In this document: positions 1 to 13,724 of the stretch, in pieces
How the letters are laid out: each line of letters begins with the position of its first letter
How positions within the stretch are numbered: position 1 is the stretch's first letter
Assembly (NCBI GenBank): GCA_030141605.1
Contig: JAQGDQ010000479.1
Coordinates: 1 to 64,000, forward strand
Direction: 5' to 3'
Source of the DNA: Tubiluchus corallicola
Lineage: Eukaryota; Animalia; Priapulida
DNA length: 64,000 nucleotides
Notes under the pieces: generated by a model
Databases searched by the model: none
What the model was told of the DNA's origin: nothing
What the model saw: the letters and a program-made list of their open reading frames with translations, nothing else
Program-made: the position numbers and the translations under genes

Positions 1-756
1 AACTCAGTATTAGAATCATAATTTTGAGGATTCGCTCTGGGCCTGATTTAGGAAGATGCTAAATGCAAACTTAATAGGAAGACAACAGAGACCACAGTAG
101 GATGTAACAATCTAGGGCATTATAATTAGTGGCCTGTGTGATGGAAGGCACTATCAGAGTTTTTTACACTAAGGCGTTTGTATCCTAGTAGGATGCCTAT
201 GTCCCAAAAAAACTTTACATGCGTCGTTATGTTACTTAGCATTTCGCTTACCTGCTTGAAAGACTTGTGTGTAACTAGAAAAGAAAATTGTTGATTATTT
301 AACGTGCTTCACCAATTGGTAAAATGTCGTGACTCATCCTCCAGGTTTCACCGCTCACTAGCCAAAAAACGTATTTTTAATCTAATTGACAAGATACAGT
401 AATTTAAAATTTTACTTTGTCAGTGACGTGTGCACTACGAATGTTCGGTCTATTTTTCAAACTTTACTCAGTGTTATCTAAACTTGTTTCAAATGCCTAT
501 CGTCAAAATGGCTGCGTCTAACGGTCATCGCGGGAGTTTAAACTACAAGTTTTATACAGTGTTGCTGACGACGCAAGTCCTGTATGCAAAAAGGCAGTAT
601 GTGAGGGACACAAAATTTCAAGACAAATTTTTTAAGCTTTATGTAAGTGGAGGGTTTTCTTGTCCTTTATATATTATTTAAATGTTCATTTGATATTTTC
701 ATTACAAAATGATCTTGATTTAGTAAGACCTTCCCCTGTGCAGCTTTGAGCACTTT

Positions 757-925
757 AAAAGCCCATAAAGGTTAAATAAGTCGTCGCCTTACACACCACA
801 AACAGTTACAATCATAAAGTATTTCGTTTAAATAAATGCCTGTAAGGGCAGTATACGACTAAACACTCTGCGGTGTCTGCTTACGATCAGTTTTCAATTC
901 ACTGGACGGTTCAGGGATGTATGAA
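757..925 (+). repeat. About 170-bp direct repeat, second copy at 6167-6335
   Basis: aaaagcccataaaggttaaataagtc...cactggacggttca is nearly identical at both sites. Confidence 0.85.
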
Positions 926-1138
926 AATTCAGGGATATCTCGACTGGAGTTCTCTCACAGCAGGCCAATGTGTCAGCTCATTCGGTGTTTTCATTTGATC
1001 GTACGAAAAGTGCAATATGTGGGCAAAATACTTGACTTGATTAACTGGTGATAAGGTCATTGTTATTTGAATAAATGTATACATCAACTAATTATATACA
1101 GTTAACAAAGGCAAAAAAATGACAAAAAAATATCAAAT

Positions 1139-3469
1139 TCAATTCACTTCGTTTTCGAAGAACAGGCGTGCGCTCGGGTTGTACATTGCTCTCCATTTTG
1201 CCAGTCTGTAACACAATTTGAAACACAACATTGATGGTGTTGTACATATCAATGCATATGTTGTTAATATTATGCATTGTAATAAATTATTATGATAAAA
1301 ATTTTAAATGAAACGTACATATACTTTTCATCCTTCAGATCTTGGAACACGTACTTGTATATTGCTCGATCTTTAAGCCAAAAGTTTTGCTTCTTTGGCC
1401 GTCCATGCACAGCAGGTAGAGTCTCAATAGCTTCGTCTGAAATGAAAAGAAAAAAAATTATTCACGAAGATGTGTATGAACGTATCTTAACACAATAATT
1501 TATTTAATTACTCATTCGTTTATTCACTGCCACACACATCAAACACAAACGCAAAAAGAGGTTGCAATTATACAAGAACATCATAAAACCATACAAGACA
1601 GTATTTTTGACGGACATGTATAAGATGTTTAGATTATAGAGTATATATAATAAATTATCTAGCTGCTTGAATAAACCTACTAGATATCAATGTATCAGCA
1701 AACCAACCTTAACAAACCAGTAAACGTAGCATCACATTATAGGGTTTACAAAAGCTATGGAAAAAAATTACAAATCCGGTGAGTTCCAAAGCCTAATAAT
1801 ATGGATCGTATAACGAATTAATGTTCATAGTCAGTGATCTTTGGACCTATCTGACAAATGGATGGGTGAAAGTCAGAAAATTGTTGTTCTAAGCAGTCTT
1901 AAGATCAAGTAAGAAGTTTAAATAGCAAACATGATATATGCAAAAACAAAAACAAGATACCAATGTGGGATCCTTCATCGCAGCAGCCTTCAAGTTCAAG
2001 ATCCCACGATGACCTTCTTTTCCATCTTCCACCACACCTAAATTAATGAGCGCATAATTACACATTAATTGCCGTTAGAAACGTATAAAACTTTCTACAG
2101 GGTGGGCAGGAAATTTTGTCACCTGAAGATGAAGCTGCTCTGACATATGTGGCTCCATGTACTGAACGTAAGAAAACAGATTAAGAGTCTGTAACTTCAT
2201 CTAAAACTTACCACTGGCCACAGTTGAAAACTTTAAAAATAAGGCTGGAAAGGGAAGGATGAAAAGGGGAAATCTACCAGACTAATAAGGTGTGTGCAAC
2301 CCATCAAACTCAGCCCAATTTTACTCCTACAGGATTAGAACTAAATGATAAAGTTCAAACAAGAGCTGCAACGTCATGTCAAAATCTGAGTTATAACTCT
2401 CATTGGTTGATAATTACCTAACGAAACGATTCTACACGGTGTCATAACACCTCTCAGGATGGGTTGCACATCCACATTATTCCATCACTTCGATTTTTAA
2501 AACAGAATTCGACTATAGGAGCATTTATCCTATTTATCCTAAAGATACCACCAGTTGGTCAATGGCTGCTTATAATTATAATAGTTGCTTATTAGTTCAA
2601 AACATACGCGGTTTCTTTACCCAACAACCCGCCTGGCGTCCGATTCCACCCTCCTAGTCACAGTTTCACGTTAAACATATAGGTCTTTGGAATGGACATA
2701 CATCGGGCAAGAATCTTTTTTCATATAATAGCAGTATTTAATTATTAAAACAAATCTTCTTTTAGTTGTCGATACTTACCATAAATAAATCAGAATCGAT
2801 GTTATAACAACTATGGCTATTCCCATAGCAGCAATGCCCAGCTGGTAGGCTGAAAAAGTAAATAATTTAGCTCTTATTATAAAATTGAAATATTCTATTT
2901 TTACCGATAGGACAGTCGGTAATGTGCATTCAAAGTGCCGCAAAACAAAGAATGAGTCCGTTATAATTTACATCGCAAAAGCGCATCAGCTGTAGCAAGA
3001 CTATAAGCATTAAAATTAAAAGAATCAAACTTGGATTATGAGTAATTAATAATTTTTAATTAATCATGAATTATCTAAATCTCCTGCTTGCCTACCTTCC
3101 TTCCTACTTACCTATCTACCTACCTATTTATCTACCTACGTACGTACCTACCTGCCTGCCTGCCTGCCTACACCCTTGACAATCCACTTGCCTAAAACTG
3201 TTTAGATATATTCATACAAGGCAAGCAGGTACGAAAACATTATTCTGTTAACTTCGTTTCCGACACACTTCAAGCTATTCTATACTATACTACTCACTTC
3301 TATTGTGATCTATATTTGCCATTGCGTTTATTCTACAGTATTTTGGTTTGTTCTTTAGTAAGTCAGTTAGCCAGCCAGCCAGTCAATAAGCAAGTGCGTG
3401 AGTGAGTGAGTGAGTGAGTGAGTGAGTGAGAGAGTGAGTGAGTGAATGAGTAGGTAAGTAGGTAAGTAG

Positions 3470-3504
<35 letters not shown>

Positions 3505-3505
3505 G

Positions 3506-3573
<68 letters not shown>

Positions 3574-3574
3574 T

Positions 3575-3622
<48 letters not shown>

Positions 3623-3638
3623 CAATTAATTAATTAAT

Positions 3639-3680
<42 letters not shown>

Positions 3681-5522
3681 CGTTAGCAAGTAAGCAAGCA
3701 AGTAAATAGATGATTTGTATACGACTATTAATTTTCACAATTATACAATAATTATATAATTAACTACAGTAGTGGATTACGTACTTAGTTTATTAGTTAG
3801 TTTTTGGTTAGTCAGTCAGTCAGCTAAGAAGGAAGGTAGGTCGGTAAGTAGGTAGGTAGGTAGGTAGGTAGGTAGGTAGGTAGGTAGGTAGGTAGGTAGG
3901 TAGGTAGGTAGGCAGGTAGGTAGGTAGGTACGTGGGTAGGTAAATAGGGAGGTAAGTAAGTAGGTAAGCAGGTCGGTAGGTAGGTGAGGTGGATCATTTG
4001 GTATATAAATAGTAGGTAGCCTAATGTTAAGTAGGTAGGTAGATAGATAGATAGGTACGTAGGTAGGTAGCAGGTATATAGGTGGGTAGGTAAATAGGTA
4101 GGTTAGATAGGTAGGCAGATAGGTAGCTAGTGCTCCTCTGAAAATTTTCTGCACCACTTGTACTTCTTAACGTTTTCACTGCTCAAGTGTCACTGCTCAA
4201 GTGTGCTGCCCAAATGTCAACTGCTCAAGTGGTACTGCCTAAGTGTTCACCCCCTGAGTGCCTGCTGCCCAAATTTCCACTCCCCGAGTGTAAACTGCCC
4301 AAATGTCATTCAGCCCAAATGTTTGGCTACCACTGGACTGTCATTCACTTCCCAAGTGCCAACTGCCCAAGTGTCCATTGCCTAAATGTCCAATGCGCAG
4401 GTGGGCTTATAACCTGACAGATCAGTAACTGATTCGTAAGTCAATAACTGTTTCGTGCAAGCAGTATTCAGGTCACAAAGTTCTCTGCAAGAACAACGTT
4501 AGCTTACACGCAGCTCGGTCACATGAGAGGTGGGGTCCCGCAACGAGGCACACCGGTTACAAGGTCAAGCCAATTTTTAGAAGTGATATTTTCTGTTGAT
4601 CAGCCAAACACGTGGATTTGTCAGAGCGGAAGTAGGAAGTGAGAAACAAAAACATAATAATTAGCCCCTAAGACAGTTGCCGAACTTGTTCGCGCATGTT
4701 GGAAAAACGGTGAACAATTGATATATGCGTGCAGAGTATAAACCTGTAGGTTCAGGCACTCTTTCAGGGTTATTAATGGAATGAAAAAACGTACCTAATA
4801 TAATCTCCATTGTAATCTTCATTGTAACCACCTAAAATAACTTTAAATAACGCGCGAAAGAATTGCGTCTTGTCTCTTCCTTTCGCAGGCTAAAATTCGC
4901 AGTTGTTTTGTTGCTATGAAACCTCTCCGGGTTTACAATTATGACGCGAGATCCTAGCGCGTCTCCTGTTTAGGTACCTATAGCAGCAAAACATGACGTA
5001 GCCATCATAACAGCTTTTATCCAAGCCCAAAGCCACACAGCATTCTGTAGAAGTTATTCCCCGCACGCCCCATGATAAGATTCGTACTTTCTCATTTACG
5101 ATTTTTAATGCAAATTAAACAGCATTGACTTTACCTTAACGTATATATATATATATATTGATCGCACATATATTATTTAATTCTTATTTTATGAGAAAGC
5201 CCAATCCGAGCAAAATGTCAGTTTTCTTTTATTTTTATTTTTGCTAACAACAGGAAATGTAAGACTGTCACGTGTATGTGTTTAACTATATGATGATTTT
5301 AATGCTTGTGTCCATCTGCCTAATGCAACCAAATGAAGAAATTACAATTAAATATTAAGTGCACAACGTAATTAACGTAACCATCCGACATATTTAAAGA
5401 GGAACGCAAACTAACTGAAGATCAAATTTCTAATCTCCGGCCGTGGATATTTTAAATACAATAAAAGCAAGAGATTTCTCTTTTTGTACCTTGACTGAAT
5501 TAAATGAAATTTCAACGTTCAT
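1139..5522 (-). CDS. Uncharacterised 179-aa single-pass (type I-like) membrane protein, 8 small coding exons: 5522-5490, 5044-4978, 4831-4795, 4484-4414, 2849-2780, 2037-1961, 1436-1319, 1205-1139
   Basis: All 7 introns are GT..AG with matching phases. Total 540 nt, open from ATG to TGA: MNVEISFNSVKNAVWLWAWIKAVMMATSCFAAIGGYNEDYNGDYIRELCDLNTACTKQLLTYESVTDLSAYQLGIAAMGIAIVVITSILIYLWCGGRWKRRSSWDLELEGCCDEGSHIDEAIETLPAVHGRPKKQNFWLKDRAIYKYVFQDLKDEKYILAKWRAMYNPSARLFFENEVN*. Hydrophobic N-terminus and a TM helix followed by basic RWKRR. No family recognised. Confidence 0.75.
3085..4130. repeat. Compound tetranucleotide microsatellites (CCTA)n, (GAGT)n, (TAAG)n, (TAGG)n
   Basis: Directly visible. Confidence 0.93.
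4155..4400. repeat. Degenerate 15-bp TGCCCAAATGTC-type repeat (related array at about 7150-7290)
   Basis: Periodic ctgcccaaatgtc / gtgcccaaatg motifs, probably subterminal repeats of a DNA transposon. Confidence 0.6.
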
Positions 5523-5724
5523 GATGGAGGATTAATTATATACAAATAATTGTTTGGCACTTTCAAGTATAATTATTTAAGTTAATAATTGTCATTTCTG
5601 TCTGTTTATTGTTTTGTTTTCCGTATTCATGTATGTATTGTAAATATGTAACTAATTATATTTGTAAATATTAGTAATGTACTGTGTAACAGCGTGGTAG
5701 TCATGTTCCTTTATGTACGAATAA

Positions 5725-5856
<132 letters not shown>

Positions 5857-6837
5857 CTGGTTGACAATGTTTCTGACGTGGTCAGAAACTGAAAATTTTG
5901 CAAACAACAGTTACAGAAGTGCCTGGCTGTGGTTGGGTAACTTACAACAATAATGGCGGCTGTCGTGCGTGCGTGCGTGCGTGCGCGCGTGTGTGTGTGT
6001 ATTTGCCAATTAAAAAAACTGATATTCATAAGCATAAAAGCATATAAGAACACTGCAACACGAGGATAAAATTCACACAACTGTTAAAGGCAAAGGTGTT
6101 CAGTGCAAACTAGGAACCTCGTCGTTTGTGTGGGACTGTTGTAAAGTTGAATGAATGATGATGAGCTAAAAGCCCATAAAGGTTAAATAAGTCAGTCGCC
6201 CTACACACCACAAACTGTTACTATCATAAAGTATTTCGTTTAAATAGATGCCTGTAAGGGCAGTACACGACTAAACACTCTGCTGTGTCTGCTTTCGGTC
6301 AGTTTTCAATTCACTAGACGGTTCAAGGTTGTGAATTGTATTCAGCAGTGACCTCCTTCATTTTTTTAGCAAAAAAACAGTTACTCCTTTTGACACGACT
6401 ACCATGTAATACTAAGAAAAATCTTTTGCTTCAGTTGTTAGGAAATGCAAGATATAACTTAGCAGGATAACAGCGATACGAGTTTCGGCTAAACAATGGC
6501 GAAGCAGCTCCAATCATTGTGTGTACCTTAAATAAAATTTAACTCTAACCGTAACGGCAACAGTAAAGAAGAACTATTCTAAGCCTTTTCACATTTAAAG
6601 CAATTGATGATAATCGTGAAAAGGTCAAAGGTCAAAAGATCACCAGGCAACGTATTTAAGTACACTTGACAATCCCTCGCGGCCTTGCTGTTGTAATAGT
6701 AACAATTTTTACAGCTACCTATAGAACCTTACCTAGTTCATTTTTTCTTGTTCTCAAGCAAGATCCTGCTAGTAAATTACATTACACACAAACTACTGCT
6801 TGATTAAGTAAAGTCCACGCATGGCTTTCTAATTCTG

Positions 6838-7010
6838 GGGGATTATCTTGGAATTCTAAATCTTCAGAATTATCATGGATTTGAATTATCATGGATTTGT
6901 TTATTATCTCGGAATTATCATGGATTTGTTTATTATCTCGGAATTATCATGGATTTGTTTATTATCTTGGAATTATAAATCTTCAGAATTATTATGGATT
7001 TGTAAATCTT
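6838..7010. repeat. About 29-bp degenerate tandem repeat GGATTTGTTTATTATCTCGGAATTATCAT
   Basis: Directly visible. Confidence 0.8.
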
Positions 7011-8281
7011 CATTCTTAAACGTCATCGCCAACAAATCTTCACCCTACAGATGGCCCTCCTGCAATAGTAAGAGTGGATCCTGCTTCTGGCTTCCGTGCA
7101 CTTGTCAATGACAACTAGGTCTTTTTCTGGAAATTGGAGGTGGTCCCGTATCATGGCCATGCCTAAAACGTCCTACACCCAAATATTCCGTGCCCAAATG
7201 CCCCATGCTCAAACACCCCGTGCCCAAATGGCCGTGCCTAAAATGTCCCGTGCATGGTGTCTCGTGCCCAAATGTCATGTCATGTGCCCATTTTGTTCAA
7301 TATTTCAGAAAATACAAAGACAGCAAATCACAAAGTCCATAGAATGCATAATTTTGAATTTTTAATATTTTCTATCCAATCATAATTTATTCTTTCATAC
7401 ATATTAAATAATAATAACAATAATAATGCTCTTTGTCTTAAAGTCTGATAAATAACATAGCTATAAATTTAAAATAACTACTTGCACAGGATGTGAAATT
7501 TTAAAGGAAATGTCAAGCCTTCTGGGACGTTAGACTTATTTCAATGTTTGCTAGAAACGTTGAAATGTTAGAAAAAAATGGTAAAAAAGTGTGATGAGAG
7601 CCTGTAGTAAGGTTACGATCATTTCACGGTTGGGTTATTCACAAATAATTGATTATTGGTGGTGCACGCTTTGTGCTTCATGCGTCCGCATATGGAGGAG
7701 CTGACTGCATCGATTTATTTCTTGACCTTGACCCTGTCAAGGTCGGTGGAATTAACATTGCCGATATTGTGACATGTCAACGGCGCAGTACGTAAAACCA
7801 CGGCAACGAAATGTAATGGAAAAAGCAAATTGATCAAGTAGCGTGATGACAAGTAACTAAAATATGCCTTTTCATAGTTCCAGCGATTGACGATGATCGT
7901 GAAAAGGTCAAAGGTCAAGTGTACCAAACGCATTTGTGTACACTTGACAACGCCTGGCAACCCAAGGCTGTTGTAGCAGTCAGAGTATTGACATGTTTTA
8001 AAAAAATGGTAAAAAAGTGTCATGAGAGCCTGTAGTAAGGTTACGATCATTTCACGGTTGGGTGTTCCTATTTTGAAAGACCATTTCTTTCACCAAAGAC
8101 AACGTACCGTCAGTTTCCACTAATTATATAGATTATATAGCCAATTTTGTGATATTTTTGCATGAACATTTAAGTAAGTGACAGAAGTTTGAATTTGTTT
8201 AAGCGGCAGCGCTTATGGGAAAGCCACGATGCGCTTACGAAAACACACGAAGTCTCCCAGTTACGTCACGATTTTCAAGTA

Positions 8282-8748
8282 CAGTCAAGCTCGGATATAA
8301 GGGACACCTCCGGACCGCAAAGAATCGTCCCTTATATCCGACGTCCCTTATAGCCAAAATTAAGTCACACCAAGAGTGTATCTAGACCTGCACTTTTCTA
8401 TACTTTTACCCATATTTTTATGTATTATTGCTACACATTCAGTGCAAACGGCATGTAGGAAGCTTTTTGAGTGATACGAGATGTATGTGACAGCAGAAAC
8501 CGAGCTGTTCGAAGGCTGAGTTTGCGAAAAATTGAGGTTAAAAATCGATCAATTTCGCTTTGATCATAGGATCCCCTATATGCGAGGTAATTTACCTGGG
8601 CTTCTATTGCCCGGGGCCTGAAGATTTCGTCCTTTATAACCGATAGTCCCTTATATCCTAGTACCTTATATACGAAGATTTTTATAGAGAAAAATGTTAC
8701 GAAAAATCGGGACTGGTGTCAGTGGTCACTTATACCCGAGGTTGACTG
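8282..8748. mobile_element. pogo/Tc1-mariner-like MITE
   Basis: TA|CAGTCAAGCTCGGATATAAG ... CTTATACCCGAGGTTGACTG inverted termini. It interrupts an older repeat. Confidence 0.75.
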
Positions 8749-9224
8749 TCACTGGTGGCTACCATCGCGCCTGAAAATTTCAAGTGGACAGAACACAATA
8801 AACTTGTGACTTGTCTTTTCCTTTAAAACTTGTTATTAATACTACAACAATATAAAAATGGACAGGAGTACTTGCTATAACACTTAAAATACAAATTAAA
8901 ATTACTTACAAATAAATGCAAAATTTACGACAACTAACTATCAAAAAATTGTGTAATTTTCAAACTCAGAATGCGCATAATTATACTTTTGACAAATTCT
9001 GGTTAATCGATTACGACAAGTTGGTATAACTATGTTAGATTGTGTGTTTATCGATTCCGATAGAATTGAATTTTCCTAACCGTTTTCTACGGCTAAAACT
9101 ACTCCACGTGTGCGTGATCCATAATCCATATACGGCAGTTTGTATTTAAACACGTTGAAGTGTTTCCGTGTGCATGTAATGAGCAATCCAAAATCTGTGA
9201 ACATAATTATTGTCTGAATGTGCC

Positions 9225-9968
9225 AATCGGCCGAATTCATATGCCATCCCATTCTCAAGTCCAATAAAAAGTATACATTTTAACACAATTAATACCGCAA
9301 AAGTGTTTCTGATATTTAAATTATAAATTAAAAACTTAATTAATGGCGGGCGAGCCAAACTGTTGATGACATCACAAACGAACATAATTTTCAACAACAA
9401 AAATATTCCACGAGCGTGTTGCACGTGTTTGCAAAAGCGAAAATTGAAGATATTCAGTGTGTTGTGCTAAAACTAGGCAAGTTTTAAGATAAATATTCAA
9501 ATTTCAAATTTACCGCTGCGCTCACGCATGATCCGTAGAACGTGTGTAGTTTGTCACAAACTAACACATCAGAACCGAAAGGTACAGCACATGTTTTTTG
9601 TGCAATCTATTTCCGAAATTTTCATCTAACTAGCGAATGGCGAAATGCATGTATGTAACAGCGAAGAACTAGTGACGCAAACGTGAAATTGTGTTTGTGC
9701 GGTAATAATTCTTTCACCTAAGTCATTTTTAAAAAAATAGTATGTTCCATTCAATATTTTAAAGACCAGGCTGTTTTGATCTACAGTTTAAGATTGGGTT
9801 CGGTTTTGCTTTAATAAGTTTTGAAGTTTTTGGTGACACACCCGTCGTTAATTATGTTTTTAATTTAATAATTATCAGAAACGCTTTTGCAGTATTAATT
9901 GTGTTAAAATGTACACTTTTTATAGAATTTGAAATGAGGTAATATATGAAAAATCATGTTGTCGTCCT
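9225..9968. mobile_element. Family B copy plus inverted partial copy
   Basis: Shares aaaagtatacattttaacacaattaat, cacgtgtttgc and aaatttcaaatttaccgctgc with 14687-15292. Ends GCT|TTAA at 9810. Confidence 0.7.
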
Positions 9969-10228
9969 TTAATTCTTCAACACGCAAAAAAAGTTCTATC
10001 TTAACACAATCAACTTCTAAATTGACTTCAATGTCATGCAGCTATAGTTGGGCAAAAAATGGGGCACGGCTGCCGGTTATTTGACAGCGTTTGCATTCCA
10101 ATTCCTGTTGTTTTAGCGCAAGTGTACCTTACCATTGCTGACGTGAATCACAGCTACTACAATGCAAAATCAGCATCACGGTATCATTAAAACTAACTTT
10201 GCTATCCCAAAATCCTGGTTCCCATATA

Positions 10229-10557
10229 CAGTCAACCCTCGTTAAACCGGACTAATTGGGGGGTGGGTGGTCCGGTTTAGCCGATTGTCCGATTTATCCG
10301 ATATGCCTATATATGGTCTATATTATACAGGAATAATCACCTTAATAAGGCCTATATACATTGCACTATATACTATACTGTATATTACTTTAAAATAGTT
10401 AACCTGTGAGGATAAAGAAATTATTGTACAGTTGGTAGGCCGTGTCGTGTTTAGCGCTCCGGCTCGGACGGAAATCGGTCACTTTCCTTTACCACGGATG
10501 ACGTCCGTCTTATCCGATATCCGGGCTAACGGGGTCCGGTTTAACGAGGGTCGACTG
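10229..10557. mobile_element. pogo/Tc1-mariner-like MITE
   Basis: TA|CAGTCAACCCTCGTTAAACCGGA ... TCCGGTTTAACGAGGGTCGACTG|TA. Confidence 0.85.
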
Positions 10558-10883
10558 TAGTTTTACACCCACACAGTACATCAGTGATTTTGCGTAAGAA
10601 CGACTGCCACTAATTCACATAAAATCAAATTAAAAAAAAAGCAAAAAGTTAAAAGACACGAGTTCTGAAACGATAAAAATGACGTAAAGAAAGAAGAAGA
10701 TGGTGGCTTCGGCAGAGGAGCAGGAGGAAGAGGAGGAGGAGGAGGATAAAAGTTACAGAAAACGAAGCAAGTATAAAAATTTAACGAAGCAAAAATATTC
10801 AATGTATCAATTGACAAGTAACATAGATGGCAGTTATAATATTCACGACAAAACCTCACATTGCACAAATTTTCGTAACTAAA

Positions 10884-11305
10884 GGTGCGTTCAAACTTAC
10901 AAGTTTTCTCGCAAGTTAACTCGTCAAGTAACTCACAAGCATGTTCAGACTAGAGAACAAAACTTGCCGTGAGTTACTCTGCATCAGTAAGCATAAGCTG
11001 ACACTCGCTTTTCTTTTGCTACGAGCGAGAAGTGCCGAGAGTAACTCGTCAAGTAACTCACAAGCATGTTCAGACTAGAGAACAAAACTTGCTGCAAGTT
11101 ACTCTCTGACAGTAAGTGCGAGCTGTTACTCACTTCTCTATTCGTTGCGAGAAGTGTCGAGAGTAACTCACCAAGGTGTTCACACTAGCTAGTAACTCAA
11201 CTCGCAGCAATTGTTGGAGAGTTTGTGATAACCTGCTGACAGTAACTCGCAAAGCAGTTCACACTTGCAAACTCACGACAGAAAACTCGCTAGTCTTAAC
11301 GCACA
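10884..11305. mobile_element. PIF/Harbinger-like MITE
   Basis: GGTGCGTTCAAACT..AGTCTTAACGCAC degenerate TIRs and GTAACTCGC repeats. Related to 40551-41177. Confidence 0.55.
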
Positions 11306-11450
11306 ATAACAAAAGTATTCACCAGCAACAGTGGAAACCAATATTCGACTGATATCACAGTTTGTCGCTGCACCAAGTACAGGGTGGCAAGAAACGATTG
11401 ATCTGCCAGGCTCAAAAATTAACACAAGTAAATATAAACATGTGTATTAA

Positions 11451-11905
11451 AGGACAAGAAAGGGCCTAGTTAAAGAGTCTCAGAAAATTTTCACTAAAGA
11501 ATTATAACAGTTACAGGCAATCTTAAGCGTTTATCGTACTCACGTTAAAAGAATTTCCTGTTTGTTTTCATTTTAAATACTCCCGCGAGGCTATCACGGT
11601 GGCGCCATGTTAGATGGCGTCACAGAACCACAACACAAATCTTTATAGTACAAGTGCTCAGAACTCACTGCGACTGTGTTCGAGTGATGTCATGCCACGT
11701 GATCAGTCACGTGCTGGCTTTTCAATTGGCGGATTAAATGAAACATGTCTGCGCCAACGTTTACTGCAGCGGTTGAAATATTTTACAAAAATTGGAGTGA
11801 ATGCGAAAACGTGAGTACTTTATTCACTTAAGATTATACTTAGGTGATATAATTTTTTATTGCGAATTTTCTGAAGCTTACTTTGGTTGGCCATTCTCTT
11901 GTCCT
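11451..11905. mobile_element. Kolobok/T2-like MITE family A2 (inverted copy about 41321-41776)
   Basis: TTAA|AGGACAAGAA.. ..CTCTTGTCCT|TTAA. Both copies give the same spurious MASQNHNTN ORF. Confidence 0.75.
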
Positions 11906-12197
11906 TTAATACCGTTTGTAATTTTTCTAACGTTATTTATTTTTTTACGCATTATTATCATATCTGAGCACCAGAAATAAAAAAGTTAATAAAGATCTCA
12001 TGAAAGGATTCATGATGCCAGTATCATTGAGAAAATCTTGGAAAAGTAAAAGCGCCAACAAAGATTAATAATAGCCGCAACTACACATGTCGCAGACATC
12101 AGACGTTAAAATACGAGTTCTTTACGCAAAATTAAATGCTGTTCTCGAGGTTTTGCCATTTTGGTTTTTGGTTTTTGGAGATCAATCATTTCTTGTG

Positions 12198-12495
12198 CCA
12201 TAGGGATGTTAACCATACGGACTTTACCATAGGGATGTTAACCATATAGACTACCATAGGGATGTTAACCATACGGACTTTACCATAGGGATGTTAACCA
12301 TACGGACTTTACCATAGGGATGTTAACCATACGGACTTTACCATAGATGTCAACCATACGGACTTTACCATAGGGATGTTAACCATACAGACTTTACCAT
12401 AGGGATGTTAACCATACGGACTTTACCATAGGGATGTTAACCATACGGACTTTACCATAGGGATGTTAACCATACGGACTTTACCATAGGGATGG
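12198..12495. repeat. 29-bp minisatellite ACCATAGGGATGTTAACCATACGGACTTT, about 10 copies
   Basis: Direct tandem units without spacers. Confidence 0.92.
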
Positions 12496-13492
12496 TAAAC
12501 GATAATGATGCGTATCCATAAATACTGTGCCCATAATAATCTATTATTGTACCAATATGAAAAATTTGTTTTGTTGTTATCGTATCTCAATATCATTCCT
12601 TATCCTTCCGAATTTTGTGCATATTGTTGCTTATTAACTCACCCTTATAAAATCATTTTACTTCACTTTTTCAATTATACCTTGGAATTAACGCAAAAAA
12701 AATTAAAAAAAGAATTATTTATAAAGTTTTTTTGAACACAAACTTGATAATTTCTAAACGAAAAATATTGTTTGCTTATGAAGAGGCCAGTTCAAGAATA
12801 TGCCAGTACATGTGACAACACACACTGCGTGAGGGACAGTTCTTTCTCTACCTAAAGTGCAGCATCTTATCTCAGACATGTGCGCACATGGCTGCGTGCG
12901 CACAACAGCCAAACACCACGTCGCTGGAGCCGTGAGCACACAATGCTGAACTGTGAAAGAAGTGGTATTACGCTCACCTGCTCTGGACCATACAAGTATA
13001 AAGAGAGAACTAAAGAAAAAAGACTTATTATACTGAATATTATCGATAATATTGAGTGAAAAAAGGGGGAGCTGCAGCACCACAGTACACAATGCTGTAC
13101 TGTGAAGGAAATGGTACTACCCTCACCTGCTCTGGACCGTACAAGTATAAAGAAAGGACTGAAGAAAAGACATTATATTGAATATTATCGATAATACTGA
13201 GTGAAAATAGAGGGGTGCTGCAGTTCCACAGTACCTATACACGAGCCACCACTGATATTGTATCTTATTGTGTTATCTTATTGTATCTTATTGTGTTATC
13301 TTATTGTATCTTATTGTGTTATCTTATTGCATCTTATTGTGTTATCTTATTGTATCTTATTGTGTTATTTTATTGTGTTATCTTATTGTATCTTATCTTA
13401 TTATCGGAAAAACAGATTATCTATGTGGTATTGTTGGAGAAAAGCATCGTCTTGTATCATAATCGCAAAATTTTAATCGTTTAACATCCCTA
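12487..13492. mobile_element. hAT-like non-autonomous element with internal duplication and (TATCTTATTG(TGT))n tract
   Basis: TIRs TAGGGATGGTAAACGAT / ATCGTTTAACATCCCTA. The 8-bp flanks CTTTACCA / CTTTAGGA match at 6/8. Confidence 0.65.
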
Positions 13493-13724
13493 CTTTAGGA
13501 TTAAAACAGTGTGTGAAGGAATTGCCGTCATCCGAGTGAGAAACAAGTCTAGAATCTCTTCTTGCATTAACTTGATCTTTCTGAGTGCTCAGTCGTGATA
13601 TGCCTCATGCTGTGTTGTTGTCTCACATCATTGCAAGCACCAGTTCCGGAATACTATGCCCGCACACACCTAGTTACATGGATGTACTTGTGTTGATGAC
13701 GATTACTGCTTCGTTACCGCAGCA

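Noticed and set aside
4978-5044. Alternative Cys-rich reading (CCVALGLDKSCYDGYVMFCCY) of exon 2 of the orphan gene if the 37-nt exon is skipped
   Set aside because: It needs a phase-1 upstream exon that I could not find. The phase-0 model gives a complete ATG-to-stop ORF.
11614-11814. Duplicated small gene MASQNHNTN... (also 41430-41612)
   Set aside because: Both ORFs lie inside copies of the same TTAA-flanked MITE.
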